The translations under genes were made by a program, and so were the position numbers. A model generated the notes under the pieces. That model did no database searches and had not been told where the DNA came from. It saw only the letters and a list, made by a program, of their open reading frames with translations. From contig CAYQWX010000003.1 in the NCBI GenBank assembly GCA_964421355.1, forward strand, positions 2,534 to 66,533: a DNA stretch of 64,000 nucleotides, read 5' to 3'. How positions within the stretch are numbered: the first letter of the stretch is position 1; every line of letters starts with the position of its first letter. Positions 47,601-57,303 of the stretch are shown here, one piece after another. Origin of the DNA: an uncultured Bacteroidales bacterium (GTDB lineage: Bacteria > Bacteroidota > Bacteroidia > Bacteroidales > JALTDM01).

Positions 47601-47620
47601 AACCAGAAAAAGATAAAGTA

Positions 47621-48505
47621 TTAATATGTAGTAGTCATATCTTCGGGAACTACTATGATATAGTCGGCTTTTGTTTGATTTTCTTTATCCAACTTTGATA
47701 CATCTTTTTGCATTACGGTAGATATTGTTTTTATGCTTACTTGTTTGTTTTGTAACTTTATATGCCATACAATACCTTGATAGTTATCAGAATGATAAGA
47801 ACCGTTGAAATGATAAAATGTTTTTCCTTTTTCCCAGTTTTTCAGGATAAAATATGCCATTGTTGCATCTTTTATAGCTTGAGCTTTGGGCAGATTTTGA
47901 TTTTTCATTGGTCCCATCATACCTTTTAAGTGTCCTCCCATATTTAGCATATTTTTGTAACATGGCAAATTGGGGTCATAATTTATAGGTAATGGTGCAA
48001 TATATTTTTTTGCCTCATTTGAAAGTTTGTTTAATGCTTCAAAACCACCTCTTGCAACCATTGCTGCATAACGGCGAGGGATATTTGTTGCAACAAAATG
48101 TATTTTATTTTTCACTGCAAAATCTAATAGTGGTTTGTAGTCGGTTTTATAATTAGGCCACAAACGGGCTTCTTCTTCAAAATCTTTTGCTCTGATTATT
48201 CCATTTTGATATTCATCAAGCATCAATTGATTATCGGCTTCAAACATTTCTGCTCCCATTATAAGTTTTTTGCCTTTTTGGGCAAAAAGTCCCTTTGCTA
48301 CTTGTAATTCTAACCAATGTGATATTGGATTGTTGTGTAATTCTCCAAAGAAAATTATATCTCCTTTGGCTACATCATTAAGCATAGTGGTATAATCTAC
48401 TTTTTCACCCTTGTTGTTAAAAATTTGATATGCAGGTTTGTCTTGTGCAAATAGTTGTATGCCTGTCCACATTACTACTAATGTTGTAAAAATAAGTTTT
48501 TTCAT
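47621..48505 (-). CDS. ChaN-family (haem/cofactor-binding, iron-regulated) periplasmic protein
   Basis: Signal peptide and a ChaN-type N-terminal motif DIIFFGELHNNPISHW. 294 aa. Confidence 0.65.
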   Translation of the reverse strand: MKKLIFTTLVVMWTGIQLFAQDKPAYQIFNNKGEKVDYTTMLNDVAKGDIIFFGELHNNPISHWLELQVAKGLFAQKGKKLIMGAEMFEADNQLMLDEYQNGIIRAKDFEEEARLWPNYKTDYKPLLDFAVKNKIHFVATNIPRRYAAMVARGGFEALNKLSNEAKKYIAPLPINYDPNLPCYKNMLNMGGHLKGMMGPMKNQNLPKAQAIKDATMAYFILKNWEKGKTFYHFNGSYHSDNYQGIVWHIKLQNKQVSIKTISTVMQKDVSKLDKENQTKADYIIVVPEDMTTTY

Positions 48506-48930
48506 AATTTTATATTTTTAACTGTTTTGAGCTTTTTTTATGAGTTTATCACCTTTTTGTCTAGCTTCATCTATTATTTGTTGAGCATTTTTATTGGCAT
48601 CTTTTTCCAGTTTATCAGCTTTGGAATTAGCATCTTTCTCTACTTTTTCAGCCTTTTTATTAGCTTCTTGTTGAAGTTTTTGAGCAGAAACTGTTGCTTT
48701 TCTTTTCTCTGCCGGATCTTTGGCTTGTTTGATTAGTTGATCTCCTTTCCGTTTTGCTTCATATCTTATTTGTTGAGCGGTTTTCTTACCTTCCGACCTT
48801 ATTTTTTCTGCTTGCCTATGTGCTTCATTATTTATTTGTTGTGCTTCCTTTTTAGCTTCTGACAATAGTCTAGATGCTTGCTTCTTAGCTCTTTGTATAG
48901 CTTCTTGTTTTTTCTTTTTGGGCTTACCTT
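48330..48930. repeat. tandem duplication, copy 1 (chaN-like 5' end + spacer + asmA-tail-like 3' part of the chimera); boundaries approximate
   Basis: Collinear with 48961-49520 at an offset of 591-592 nt. Includes an identical 29-mer, CCACATTACTACTAATGTTGTAAAAATAA, at 48467 and 49058. Confidence 0.8.
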
Positions 48931-49096
48931 TCACGTGTTGTTTTACATTTTGCACTACTTCATTGTTATATAAATTTCCCACCAATATTATCTCTCCTTT
49001 ATCTAAGTTATTAAAAATAGATACGGGCTTATCTTGTACATACAAATGAATATTTGCCCACATTACTACTAATGTTGTAAAAATAAACTTTTCCAT
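48518..49096 (-). CDS. chimeric ORF: ChaN-like leader/N-terminus fused to AsmA-like Lys/Ala/Glu-rich 11-mer-repeat tail
   Basis: Residues 1-~57 parallel the ChaN-like gene start. The last 132 residues align gap-free with the last 132 residues of the AsmA-like gene. Open frame of 192 aa, 13 nt after the asmA stop and 12 nt before the chaN start. Confidence 0.6.
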   Translation of the reverse strand: MEKFIFTTLVVMWANIHLYVQDKPVSIFNNLDKGEIILVGNLYNNEVVQNVKQHVKGKPKKKKQEAIQRAKKQASRLLSEAKKEAQQINNEAHRQAEKIRSEGKKTAQQIRYEAKRKGDQLIKQAKDPAEKRKATVSAQKLQQEANKKAEKVEKDANSKADKLEKDANKNAQQIIDEARQKGDKLIKKAQNS

Positions 49097-49520
49097 AACT
49101 TTATATTTTTCAACTGTTTTCAGCTTTTTTTATAAGTTCATTACCTTTACTTTTTGCCTCATCCACTACTTGTTTAGCACGTTTATTAGCTTCTTGTTCT
49201 AATTTATCAGCTTTGGAATTAGCTTCCTGTTCTACTTTTTTAGCTTTTTTGTCAGCTTCTTGTTGAAGTTTTTGAGCAGAAATTTCTGCTGCCTTTTTGG
49301 CTATTGGATTTTTAGCCTTTTTTACTAGTTCGTCACCCTTGCGTTTTGCTTCGTCTCTTATTTGTTTAGCCGCATTTTTACCACCTTCACGTATTTGTTG
49401 GGCTTTCTTGTGAGCTTCATTTTTTATTTGTTGTGCTTTTCTATTAGCTTCCGCTAACAATTTGGCTGCTTGCTCCTTTGCTTTTTGTATTGCTTCTTGT
49501 TTCTTTTTGTTCAATTCTTC
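48931..49520. repeat. tandem duplication, copy 2 (chaN-like-derived 5' part of the chimera + spacer + true asmA 3' end); boundaries approximate
   Basis: See copy 1. The copy contains a ~42-nt deletion relative to the chaN-like 5' region. Confidence 0.8.
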
Positions 49521-51983
49521 TTTTACTTTATCTTTTACTTGCTGCTGTATGCTTTCCTGATTATCTCCCTGTCCACCCAACAATGCTTTATATTTAGGTT
49601 TATCCAATGTGCCTTGAATAAGAGTTTTTACTTTTATAGTATTTCCGATATTTGCATTTATTCCTTGTTTTGACAATTGGGACGCAAGTTTATTCATCAC
49701 TGACACAGCTGCCGAACCAAGAGCGTTTTTAGGCATATCCCATTCAATAGTGTAATTTAATTTACCATCTACATACTGTTCTCCTGATGCGTGGGCTTTT
49801 ATGTTTCCCACGCTAAAATCAAAAGGGTCAAAACTGATTTTTCCATTTTCTATTTTTATTGTGAGATTAGTATTTTGTGTTTTTATTTCTTTAAATTTAT
49901 CCGTCTTGAAAAATGAATTCATAAATTTGAATAGTCCATTTTCTTTTAATACAAAGTTTTTAGTTTGAATATTACCAAGTCCGTTCATGGTTTCCATTTT
50001 GGGACTCATATCTTGCAACAAACCTGTTTCTATTTCCATCTTACCATAAATCTGTCCTGAAGCATTTTTCAATAATGGTGCCACTTTTTGCAAAGTTTCT
50101 ATTGAGGAATATGTTTTATTTAAATCTAATTTATTTATTTTTAAAGAGTATTTTACGAAAGGATTAGACATATCCATTGTGCTATATTTTCCCGTCATTA
50201 CAATATTGCCACCAAATATATCCATAGATAAATTTTGTAATGTTGCTTCTCCGTTTTTTATTATTATTTTTCCTTTTAGGTTTTCTATCTTGTATTTGTC
50301 GTAATATAGTTTTTTGATGTCTGAATTTAATGTAAAATCGATATTTTTTGGTACTTCTATTATTTCCAGTGCAGAAGTATCTGTTTGTTGTTGTGTTGTT
50401 GTATCTTCCGTTGTTTCTTCTCCAGTAAGCCACATATTAGCATCTATCAAATTAGAAGAAAGATTGAAAGTTCCTTTGAGCAAACTATCTTTGAAATAAT
50501 ACTGTAGCACATTGAATATTTGACCATTAGCTGATATATCCGAGTTTCCTGCTTTTGCATAAAAATCTTTAAGCAACATTGCCTTTGGTGAAAATTCAAA
50601 TAACATATTTTTTATTTCCATTGGCACAGGCTCATCCGAAGATTTATAAATCATATTGGTAATTTTCAAAGAACCCTCTGCATAAAAGTTATCATATTGT
50701 TCATTTTCTATAGAAGACATTTTTCCTTTCATAGAAACATCGGCATCTATTATTCCCGATAAGTCGGTACTATCAAGTGGAATTGCTTTTTTCAATGAAG
50801 TAAGGTCTAAATGTGTCTTTAAGAATGCATCTATATACGGATCTACCATTACATTGGAAGTAACAAGGCGTGCATCTACAGGATTACCTGCAATTTCAAG
50901 GTGGAACTTGGAAAGATTTACTATTGTTTTATTTAAGTCGATACTATCCTTGTTATGTATATTTAATGCCAAATTTATGTTCTTTATATCCTCTGGTAAA
51001 TCAGGATACTTGATATACCCGTTGTTCACATTCAAATCCATATCATATGCAGGCATTAAACTATCATTGTATGTTCCGTTTAATTCCATATCAAAATCAA
51101 AATTCCCTTTTACCGTAACATTTTCGTATCCTGACATATAAATGCTTGGCACAAGAGACATCAATTTTTTGAAATTTCCTTTTGAAGTTATCTTTAAATT
51201 CATCAATATGTCATCTGTAGGCATCGCTATATATCCGTTCATTGTAACAGGTAAGTCGTTTATTAAAAGTTTGTTGTCTTCAAACACATATTTACTACTA
51301 TCCAAATCGGCAGATATTTTTGCCGTAAAATCAGCTTTTGCCTTTTTGAGATAATCAACACCTTCGTAATTAAATGTAAGTGAAGCTACTTTCATTGCCA
51401 TATTCATAATAGCATTTGATGAAGAAAAATCCCCTGTTAAATCAAAAGATAATCCTTTGATTTGGCTGCTCATATCGCCTTCGTAATCAAAATATGATAT
51501 ATCAGCATCTGTTATGTTTAATTTTTGCAAGTGCATTACCATAGAAGCACCACTTGTGGTATCCGTATCATCTTCAGTAGCAGTAGTATCTTCCTTAGCA
51601 ATATCCCAATTAGCCTTACCATTTTTTAATACAATGGCTTTGATTACAGGGTGTTCTACAGAAATCGAATTAATTTGTATTTTGTCTCCTAATACACTCG
51701 TCAAATCTATATCCAATGCAAGCTTGTCAAAACTTGCAAGTGTATCGTTTTTGAAAGTATCTACTCCTACCACAGATAAATCTTTTATATAAAATGTTAG
51801 GTCGGGAAAGCTGTGAAAAATGGTAAGATCAAATTTACCAAAGTTTACTTTTGCATTTACATTTTTATTTATCTCTTCTTTGGCAATTTTTACTATTTTA
51901 CCTTTGAATATAAATGGTATGGATATTATTACCAAAAGGAATAATATAAAAACAATTACTATCCATTTAATTATTTTTTTCAT
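49110..51983 (-). CDS. AsmA-family outer-membrane biogenesis/lipid-transfer protein with C-terminal 11-mer-repeat tail
   Basis: N-terminal TM anchor, a long beta-rich AsmA-like body (957 aa), and a C-terminal 132-aa K/A/E/Q-rich tail. Confidence 0.75.
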   Translation of the reverse strand: MKKIIKWIVIVFILFLLVIISIPFIFKGKIVKIAKEEINKNVNAKVNFGKFDLTIFHSFPDLTFYIKDLSVVGVDTFKNDTLASFDKLALDIDLTSVLGDKIQINSISVEHPVIKAIVLKNGKANWDIAKEDTTATEDDTDTTSGASMVMHLQKLNITDADISYFDYEGDMSSQIKGLSFDLTGDFSSSNAIMNMAMKVASLTFNYEGVDYLKKAKADFTAKISADLDSSKYVFEDNKLLINDLPVTMNGYIAMPTDDILMNLKITSKGNFKKLMSLVPSIYMSGYENVTVKGNFDFDMELNGTYNDSLMPAYDMDLNVNNGYIKYPDLPEDIKNINLALNIHNKDSIDLNKTIVNLSKFHLEIAGNPVDARLVTSNVMVDPYIDAFLKTHLDLTSLKKAIPLDSTDLSGIIDADVSMKGKMSSIENEQYDNFYAEGSLKITNMIYKSSDEPVPMEIKNMLFEFSPKAMLLKDFYAKAGNSDISANGQIFNVLQYYFKDSLLKGTFNLSSNLIDANMWLTGEETTEDTTTQQQTDTSALEIIEVPKNIDFTLNSDIKKLYYDKYKIENLKGKIIIKNGEATLQNLSMDIFGGNIVMTGKYSTMDMSNPFVKYSLKINKLDLNKTYSSIETLQKVAPLLKNASGQIYGKMEIETGLLQDMSPKMETMNGLGNIQTKNFVLKENGLFKFMNSFFKTDKFKEIKTQNTNLTIKIENGKISFDPFDFSVGNIKAHASGEQYVDGKLNYTIEWDMPKNALGSAAVSVMNKLASQLSKQGINANIGNTIKVKTLIQGTLDKPKYKALLGGQGDNQESIQQQVKDKVKEELNKKKQEAIQKAKEQAAKLLAEANRKAQQIKNEAHKKAQQIREGGKNAAKQIRDEAKRKGDELVKKAKNPIAKKAAEISAQKLQQEADKKAKKVEQEANSKADKLEQEANKRAKQVVDEAKSKGNELIKKAENS

Positions 51984-52010
51984 AGTTATACAGTTTTCAT
52001 TTTATACACA

Positions 52011-52018
52011 CAAAAATA
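52011..52018 (-). promoter_or_regulatory. Bacteroidota -7 promoter box (TAnnTTTG)
   Basis: TATTTTTG on the minus strand, 27 nt upstream of the asmA-like ATG at 51983. Confidence 0.4.
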
Positions 52019-52050
52019 AGAAATAAGTTTAATATTTTCAACATATTTAT

Positions 52051-53316
52051 TTAATGGGCTAACCATAATTCTGGATTAACTTTCTTTAGTCCGTCCCATA
52101 TCTGCAATTCTATTTCTGTTTTTTGCTTTTCATCGTCGGTATATACTTCGCCTATTGTTTGTTTTGTTTTCACTTTGTCTCCTTCTTTTACAAAGACTTT
52201 TGCAAGATTACCATAAACAGAATAATAATTCCCGTGTTTAATCAACACTATTTTGTGCTTACCAGGTACTTCAAATATTTTCCGCACTTCCCCATCAAAT
52301 ATTGCTCTTGCTTTAGCTCCATGTACTGTAGATATATATATTCCGTTATTATTTACCTTTATACCTTTTAATACAGCATGTTCGTGAGTTCCAAATCTAC
52401 CTGTAATTATACCTTTTGCCACAGGCCAAGGTAATTTCCCCTTGTTTTGTTCAAATTTGCCAGAAATAATTTTTTCTTCTGGAGTTAGATAATATGTCGG
52501 AGATTTTTTACCTGTACTTGTTTTGCCTCTATTTTTAGATTTTGCATTTCTCTTTGCAGCTTCGCGTCTTGCCCTTTCTCTGGCTTTTCTTGCCTCTTCC
52601 TCAATAAGTTGTGCAACTCTATGTTTTAGTTGTTCGGCAGCTTTTTGTTGTTTTTTAAGTTTTGCAAGCAAGTCTTTCTCTTTTTGTTGCAAATGTTCTA
52701 TTGTTTGTTTCTTTTCTTTTTTACTTTGGACAAGTCCTTGTTGTTCTGTTTCAAGTTTTTTCAAAACATTTTGGCGTTGGGTACGTTTTTGTTCAAGTTC
52801 CAAAGACCTTTGTTCCAATTCTTTTTTTATTGCTTGTATTGCTTCTACTTGTTTTTTTCTATAATCGGATATTTGTTGCAAATATTTAACCCGCATAAAA
52901 GCTTGATTAAATGAATTTGCCGCAAGCACATACATTATTTGCTCATAGGGAGATGAGTTTTTCCAAGCAAAATAAATTAATCTGGCATATTGTTCTCTTA
53001 TGGTTTTTAGATCTTCTTCCAAAGAGTTTATAATCCATTCATTTTCAGAAATTTTATTATCAATCTGAGTTAATTCTTTTTTTAGTTCTTCAATTAATTC
53101 TTGACGAAGTTCTATCTGTCTATTTATAAGTACTAATTTATTGTATGTTTGTTTTTTTTGTTGTTTTGTTTGAGATAATAGTTTTTTAGTAAGTTTAAGT
53201 TCTCTTTCATATTTTTTTATTCTTCTTTCAAGTGTTTTACGACTTTGCGAGAAAGATGGTAAACTTAAAATTATTATGAATGTAAATATTATGTAAAACT
53301 TTTTATGCAACAACAT
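52051..53316 (-). CDS. M23/LytM-domain protein with long coiled coil (EnvC-like murein hydrolase activator)
   Basis: Signal peptide, ~250 aa of K/E/Q-rich coiled coil, and a C-terminal LytM-like domain (GIYISTVHGAKARAIFDGEV...IKHGNYYSVYGNL). Confidence 0.75.
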   Translation of the reverse strand: MLLHKKFYIIFTFIIILSLPSFSQSRKTLERRIKKYERELKLTKKLLSQTKQQKKQTYNKLVLINRQIELRQELIEELKKELTQIDNKISENEWIINSLEEDLKTIREQYARLIYFAWKNSSPYEQIMYVLAANSFNQAFMRVKYLQQISDYRKKQVEAIQAIKKELEQRSLELEQKRTQRQNVLKKLETEQQGLVQSKKEKKQTIEHLQQKEKDLLAKLKKQQKAAEQLKHRVAQLIEEEARKARERARREAAKRNAKSKNRGKTSTGKKSPTYYLTPEEKIISGKFEQNKGKLPWPVAKGIITGRFGTHEHAVLKGIKVNNNGIYISTVHGAKARAIFDGEVRKIFEVPGKHKIVLIKHGNYYSVYGNLAKVFVKEGDKVKTKQTIGEVYTDDEKQKTEIELQIWDGLKKVNPELWLAH

Positions 53317-54180
53317 TTACTTTGGAATTTTAAATTTTAATTTTAATCTATCTTTTTTCACTACTTTATAATATTTTATGTCAAAGTTATATGAATTGTT
53401 TTTATTATTTAGAATAATTTTCATTTTTTTAACAAAAGGTTTATTCCCCAAAGTATTACCATAGTTTATATAAAAAACATCAAGTTTATAGTTATTTACA
53501 AAATCTTCTATAATAGATCTATCCAAAAAATAAGTATTTGCATTTACATAAAACTTCTGTCCTATCAGAGATTGTCGTAATCGTACGGATATCTTTTTAC
53601 CTTTTTTATTTTTTTTATAATACCTCTTTATTTTATTATTTTTAACAGAATAAAATATCACATCAGCAGAATCTTTTTTACGCTTAAAATCCTTAAATTT
53701 TTTAAATGAAAATACGGTATCGTCATAAATGAAAGGGCGAGCAAATAATAATGCTTCAATATTGCTGTATGTCAAATTTAGGGCATATTTATCACTTATC
53801 CACTTATAAGTTTTTTTATAAAAATTATGATTTAATTCATCTATTAAATATATGGTATCTTTAGTAAGTTTCAATTTTGCCACAGGAATACCTGTGCTAT
53901 GGTATAATGAAATAATCATCATAGAATCTTTAACCACTCTAAATATACCCCTAAGCGAATGAGTAGTATTATTTTCTTTAAACTTTATTTTGGCTTTAGC
54001 AAGCAAATAGTGATAATCAGGATAAATTGAGTTAAAAGTCTTAACAAATTTTTTATGAGTTATTCTTTTTGTGTGTCTTTGTGTTTGAGGCTCAGTTACA
54101 ACATCTGTTTTTAATACCGAGCAAGCACTTGACATTAATATTATTGTTAATGAAATTATATAAACTATTCTTCTTTTCAC
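53317..54180 (-). CDS. lipoprotein, DUF4292-like
   Basis: Leader ends MSSAC. Its position between a TPR gene and an M23 gene matches an arrangement I recall as conserved in Bacteroidota. Family assignment is from memory. Confidence 0.45.
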   Translation of the reverse strand: MKRRIVYIISLTIILMSSACSVLKTDVVTEPQTQRHTKRITHKKFVKTFNSIYPDYHYLLAKAKIKFKENNTTHSLRGIFRVVKDSMMIISLYHSTGIPVAKLKLTKDTIYLIDELNHNFYKKTYKWISDKYALNLTYSNIEALLFARPFIYDDTVFSFKKFKDFKRKKDSADVIFYSVKNNKIKRYYKKNKKGKKISVRLRQSLIGQKFYVNANTYFLDRSIIEDFVNNYKLDVFYINYGNTLGNKPFVKKMKIILNNKNNSYNFDIKYYKVVKKDRLKLKFKIPK

Positions 54181-55922
54181 TCTTCTATTATTTTTTTATT
54201 CTCAATCTTCTGCAATAAAACCTGCCTCCTTTTACCTGTCTTGCTATATGCTTCTTTCCAGTATTTTACCGCCGTAGTAACATCTCCATTCTTAAAAAAT
54301 ATATCTCCTGCATGTTCTAATATGGTTGGATTTTTATCTCCTCCGTTTTTTAATGATTTAACTATATACTTTTGAGCTTTTTGGTATTCTTTTTTCTTAT
54401 ATAAGACCCAAGCATAGGTATCTAAATAGTTAGGATCGGTGGGAAAATATTTCAGGACTATTTGCATTAAAGTGTCTGCTTTATCTAAATTTCTATTTTC
54501 CAAAGCAAGGAAAAAAGCATAATTATTCATTGCTCCTACATCATTTGGATAAATATCCAATAATTTATCGTAATAAGCAAATGAAGAGTCCGGCTCATGA
54601 TTTCTATAATAACTCTCTGCAAGAAAAAAATAATAACTTCTAAGCAAATTGCTATCAGGCAATAATTTCAATCCTTTCTTAAAATAATAAATGGCACTAT
54701 CATACTTAGTTTCTCTATAAAAACCTAATCCTCCATATAAATAGAATTGTGAAACAAATGGGAATAAGTCCATTGCCTCACGAGCATGTACAATAAGGGA
54801 ATCATTTTGATTGTAATTATTATCAATAAACATAAGCTGTTGCCATACAAGATAATTGGATTTATCTTTATGTCTTATTTTATTTAGATATTCTTTTGCT
54901 TTTTTATAATCTTTCACTTGTGAATAAAAATCAGCTGCTAATCCCCAAGACACAACATCACCATTATACTCTTTCGTTAAAATATTTACCAAAGGTTCTA
55001 TCTTTTTAAAGTTTATACTATCCTTTCCATAATACTTCATGTAATTATATGCTATCTCTACTTTTTTACTTTTATCCAGTTCGGGAGATTCAAATGCTTT
55101 TGCCAATGCCCAAAAAGCACTATCTGTTTTTCCTACAGATTGATAATATTCTGCAAGAGACACATATATTTTACCATTAGTAGGTTCTATTGATATTATC
55201 TTTTTCAAAGTATTATATGCTTTATCTAATTTATTTTCAGACATATAAAGTTGTGAAAGCAAAGAGTAATACTTTGTTTCATCAGGATTTTCTTTTATAA
55301 GTTTTATTACTTCGTCTTCCGCTTTATCATACTTTTTAAGCTGCGTATACAACTGTGCTTTTTCCAATACAATATCATCTATTATTCCTGATTGTTTTTC
55401 TATCTCATCATACAATTTTATAGCATCTTGTAATTTCCCTTCAGATTCATAAATATTAGCCAATTCAAGCTTCAAACTTGTTTGAGTATTATCTTTTGCA
55501 AGTAATTCTTTTATCACCTTTTTTGCTTTATCAAGTTTTTTAGTTTCCTTATATATAGCCACTAAAAATGTTCCATACCACTTATTATCCTTATTCATTT
55601 GGTAAGCCTTCTCAACATACTTTTCGGCATCTGAGAGTTGTCCGTTAAGATAAGCAACTTGCCCTAATTCATAATAAACAGAAGGAATGGAGTTATTTAA
55701 AGTCAAACATTTTTTAAAATATGATGCAGCCTCTAATGTTTTTCCAAGAAGTTTGTTTTTCACTCCTTCGTAATAATAATATTTAAATTTTGTATCTTTT
55801 TTATCATCCTTGGTAGGTTTTTGGACTTTTATCATAGTCCTACAAGAAAACATTATAAATAGTAAGAAAAAAGTAACTATAAATAATAAAAGTTTAACAA
55901 CCTGTCTTATAATCTTTTTCAT
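54177..55922 (-). CDS. tetratricopeptide-repeat protein
   Basis: N-terminal TM/leader segment and many 34-aa TPR-like units (A..Y..A...-type helices). ATGA-type overlap with the downstream gene. Confidence 0.75.
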   Translation of the reverse strand: MKKIIRQVVKLLLFIVTFFLLFIMFSCRTMIKVQKPTKDDKKDTKFKYYYYEGVKNKLLGKTLEAASYFKKCLTLNNSIPSVYYELGQVAYLNGQLSDAEKYVEKAYQMNKDNKWYGTFLVAIYKETKKLDKAKKVIKELLAKDNTQTSLKLELANIYESEGKLQDAIKLYDEIEKQSGIIDDIVLEKAQLYTQLKKYDKAEDEVIKLIKENPDETKYYSLLSQLYMSENKLDKAYNTLKKIISIEPTNGKIYVSLAEYYQSVGKTDSAFWALAKAFESPELDKSKKVEIAYNYMKYYGKDSINFKKIEPLVNILTKEYNGDVVSWGLAADFYSQVKDYKKAKEYLNKIRHKDKSNYLVWQQLMFIDNNYNQNDSLIVHAREAMDLFPFVSQFYLYGGLGFYRETKYDSAIYYFKKGLKLLPDSNLLRSYYFFLAESYYRNHEPDSSFAYYDKLLDIYPNDVGAMNNYAFFLALENRNLDKADTLMQIVLKYFPTDPNYLDTYAWVLYKKKEYQKAQKYIVKSLKNGGDKNPTILEHAGDIFFKNGDVTTAVKYWKEAYSKTGKRRQVLLQKIENKKIIEE

Positions 55923-55946
55923 TTTACTCCAAAATCAACGAAGTTG

Positions 55947-55954
55947 CAAAGATA
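55947..55954 (-). promoter_or_regulatory. Bacteroidota -7 promoter box (TAnnTTTG)
   Basis: TATCTTTG on the minus strand, 24 nt upstream of the TPR gene ATG at 55922. Confidence 0.4.
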
Positions 55955-56037
55955 ATAAAAAGATAAAGGGAAGTATAAAGTGTATGATTTTTTATATTAA
56001 ACTTGCAGTTTGTAAAAATAAATAAAAACACAATCTT

Positions 56038-57303
56038 ATGAAAAATAAAATTGCAATTTTTACAAGCCTTATTGTATTGACAATAAACGGTTTCTCTCAA
56101 GTAAATGCCGAAAATACAAATCGAAAAAATGCATTAAATGTATTTATGGACTGTGGGTTTTGCGACATGGATTATGTACGCAGAGAAGTTAAATTTGTTA
56201 ATTATGTAAGAGATAGAAAAGAAGCCGATGTGGTGATATTAGGCACTTCACAAGAAACAGGAAGCAAAGGTGATGAATATATTCTTACATTTTTGGGTTA
56301 TAAAAAATACAAAGGAATAAATGATACTCTAAAATATGATGCTCCCCCGTCATCTACCACAGAGGAACACAGAAAAGCCATTCTTAAAATATTCAAACTT
56401 GGACTAATAAGATATGTATCACACACCCCGTATATAAGTTATTTGGAAATCAACTCTTCATTGAAAAAAACAGAAAATGACTCTACAAAAGTTAAAGAAA
56501 CTGAAGCCGTTGATAAATGGAATAACTGGGTATTTAGAATAGGAACTGATGCTTGGTTAAACGGAGAATCAACATCACAAAGCACATATATGTCAAACAC
56601 TATATCGGCACAAAGAGTTACAGAAAAATGGAAATATGATTTCAAAATAAGAAATAGTTATAATCAATCAAATTACAATTATCAAAATTTTAAGTATATA
56701 AAAATAGTTAGAAATTATGGATTTTCTGGTAGTGTAATAAAAAGTGCTGGAGAACATTGGGCAATAGGATTATTTAATGGAGAATCAACAAATACTTATA
56801 ATAACTATAAATTTTTATATAATTTACGTCCGGCAATTGAATACAATGTATTTAAATATTCAGAATCTGCACACAAAGAACTACGCATAAGTTACGGAAT
56901 ATCTCACATATATGCTCAATATATAGATACTACTATTTTTAACAAAACACAAGAAAATCTGTTTAAACATTCATTATCTGTAGATTTTCAAATAACACAA
57001 CCATGGGGTAGCATATCCACTTCATTTTGGGCTTCTGACTACCTGCATGATTATCAGCTGTATAATACTGGAGTATGGGCATATATAAATTGGAGAATAG
57101 TAAAAGGATTATCATTTTACACAAATTTTTCAGCATCAATAGTACACGACCAAATCTATTTACCTAAAGAGGAGGCTTCTATAGAAGATCTTCTTGTAAG
57201 GAGTAGGAGTATGCCAACTACATACAATTACTATATGTCTATAGGGCTATCTTATACATTTGGCTCCATATACAATAACATAGTAAATCCCCGATTTGAT
57301 TAA
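56038..57303 (+). CDS. hypothetical outer-membrane protein (N-terminal soluble domain + beta-barrel-like C-terminal part)
   Basis: Signal peptide. The C-terminal ~250 aa are rich in alternating aromatic/polar strands (Y/N/S/T). Confidence 0.45.
   Translation: MKNKIAIFTSLIVLTINGFSQVNAENTNRKNALNVFMDCGFCDMDYVRREVKFVNYVRDRKEADVVILGTSQETGSKGDEYILTFLGYKKYKGINDTLKYDAPPSSTTEEHRKAILKIFKLGLIRYVSHTPYISYLEINSSLKKTENDSTKVKETEAVDKWNNWVFRIGTDAWLNGESTSQSTYMSNTISAQRVTEKWKYDFKIRNSYNQSNYNYQNFKYIKIVRNYGFSGSVIKSAGEHWAIGLFNGESTNTYNNYKFLYNLRPAIEYNVFKYSESAHKELRISYGISHIYAQYIDTTIFNKTQENLFKHSLSVDFQITQPWGSISTSFWASDYLHDYQLYNTGVWAYINWRIVKGLSFYTNFSASIVHDQIYLPKEEASIEDLLVRSRSMPTTYNYYMSIGLSYTFGSIYNNIVNPRFD

Noticed and set aside
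52123-52914. A cluster of plus-strand ORFs (82-113 aa) opposite the EnvC-like gene, which could suggest overlapping genes.
   Set aside because: They are antisense artefacts of the K/E/Q-rich coiled-coil codons (AAA/GAA/CAA read as TTT/TTC/TTG). Their translations are F/L/C/S-rich with no structure.
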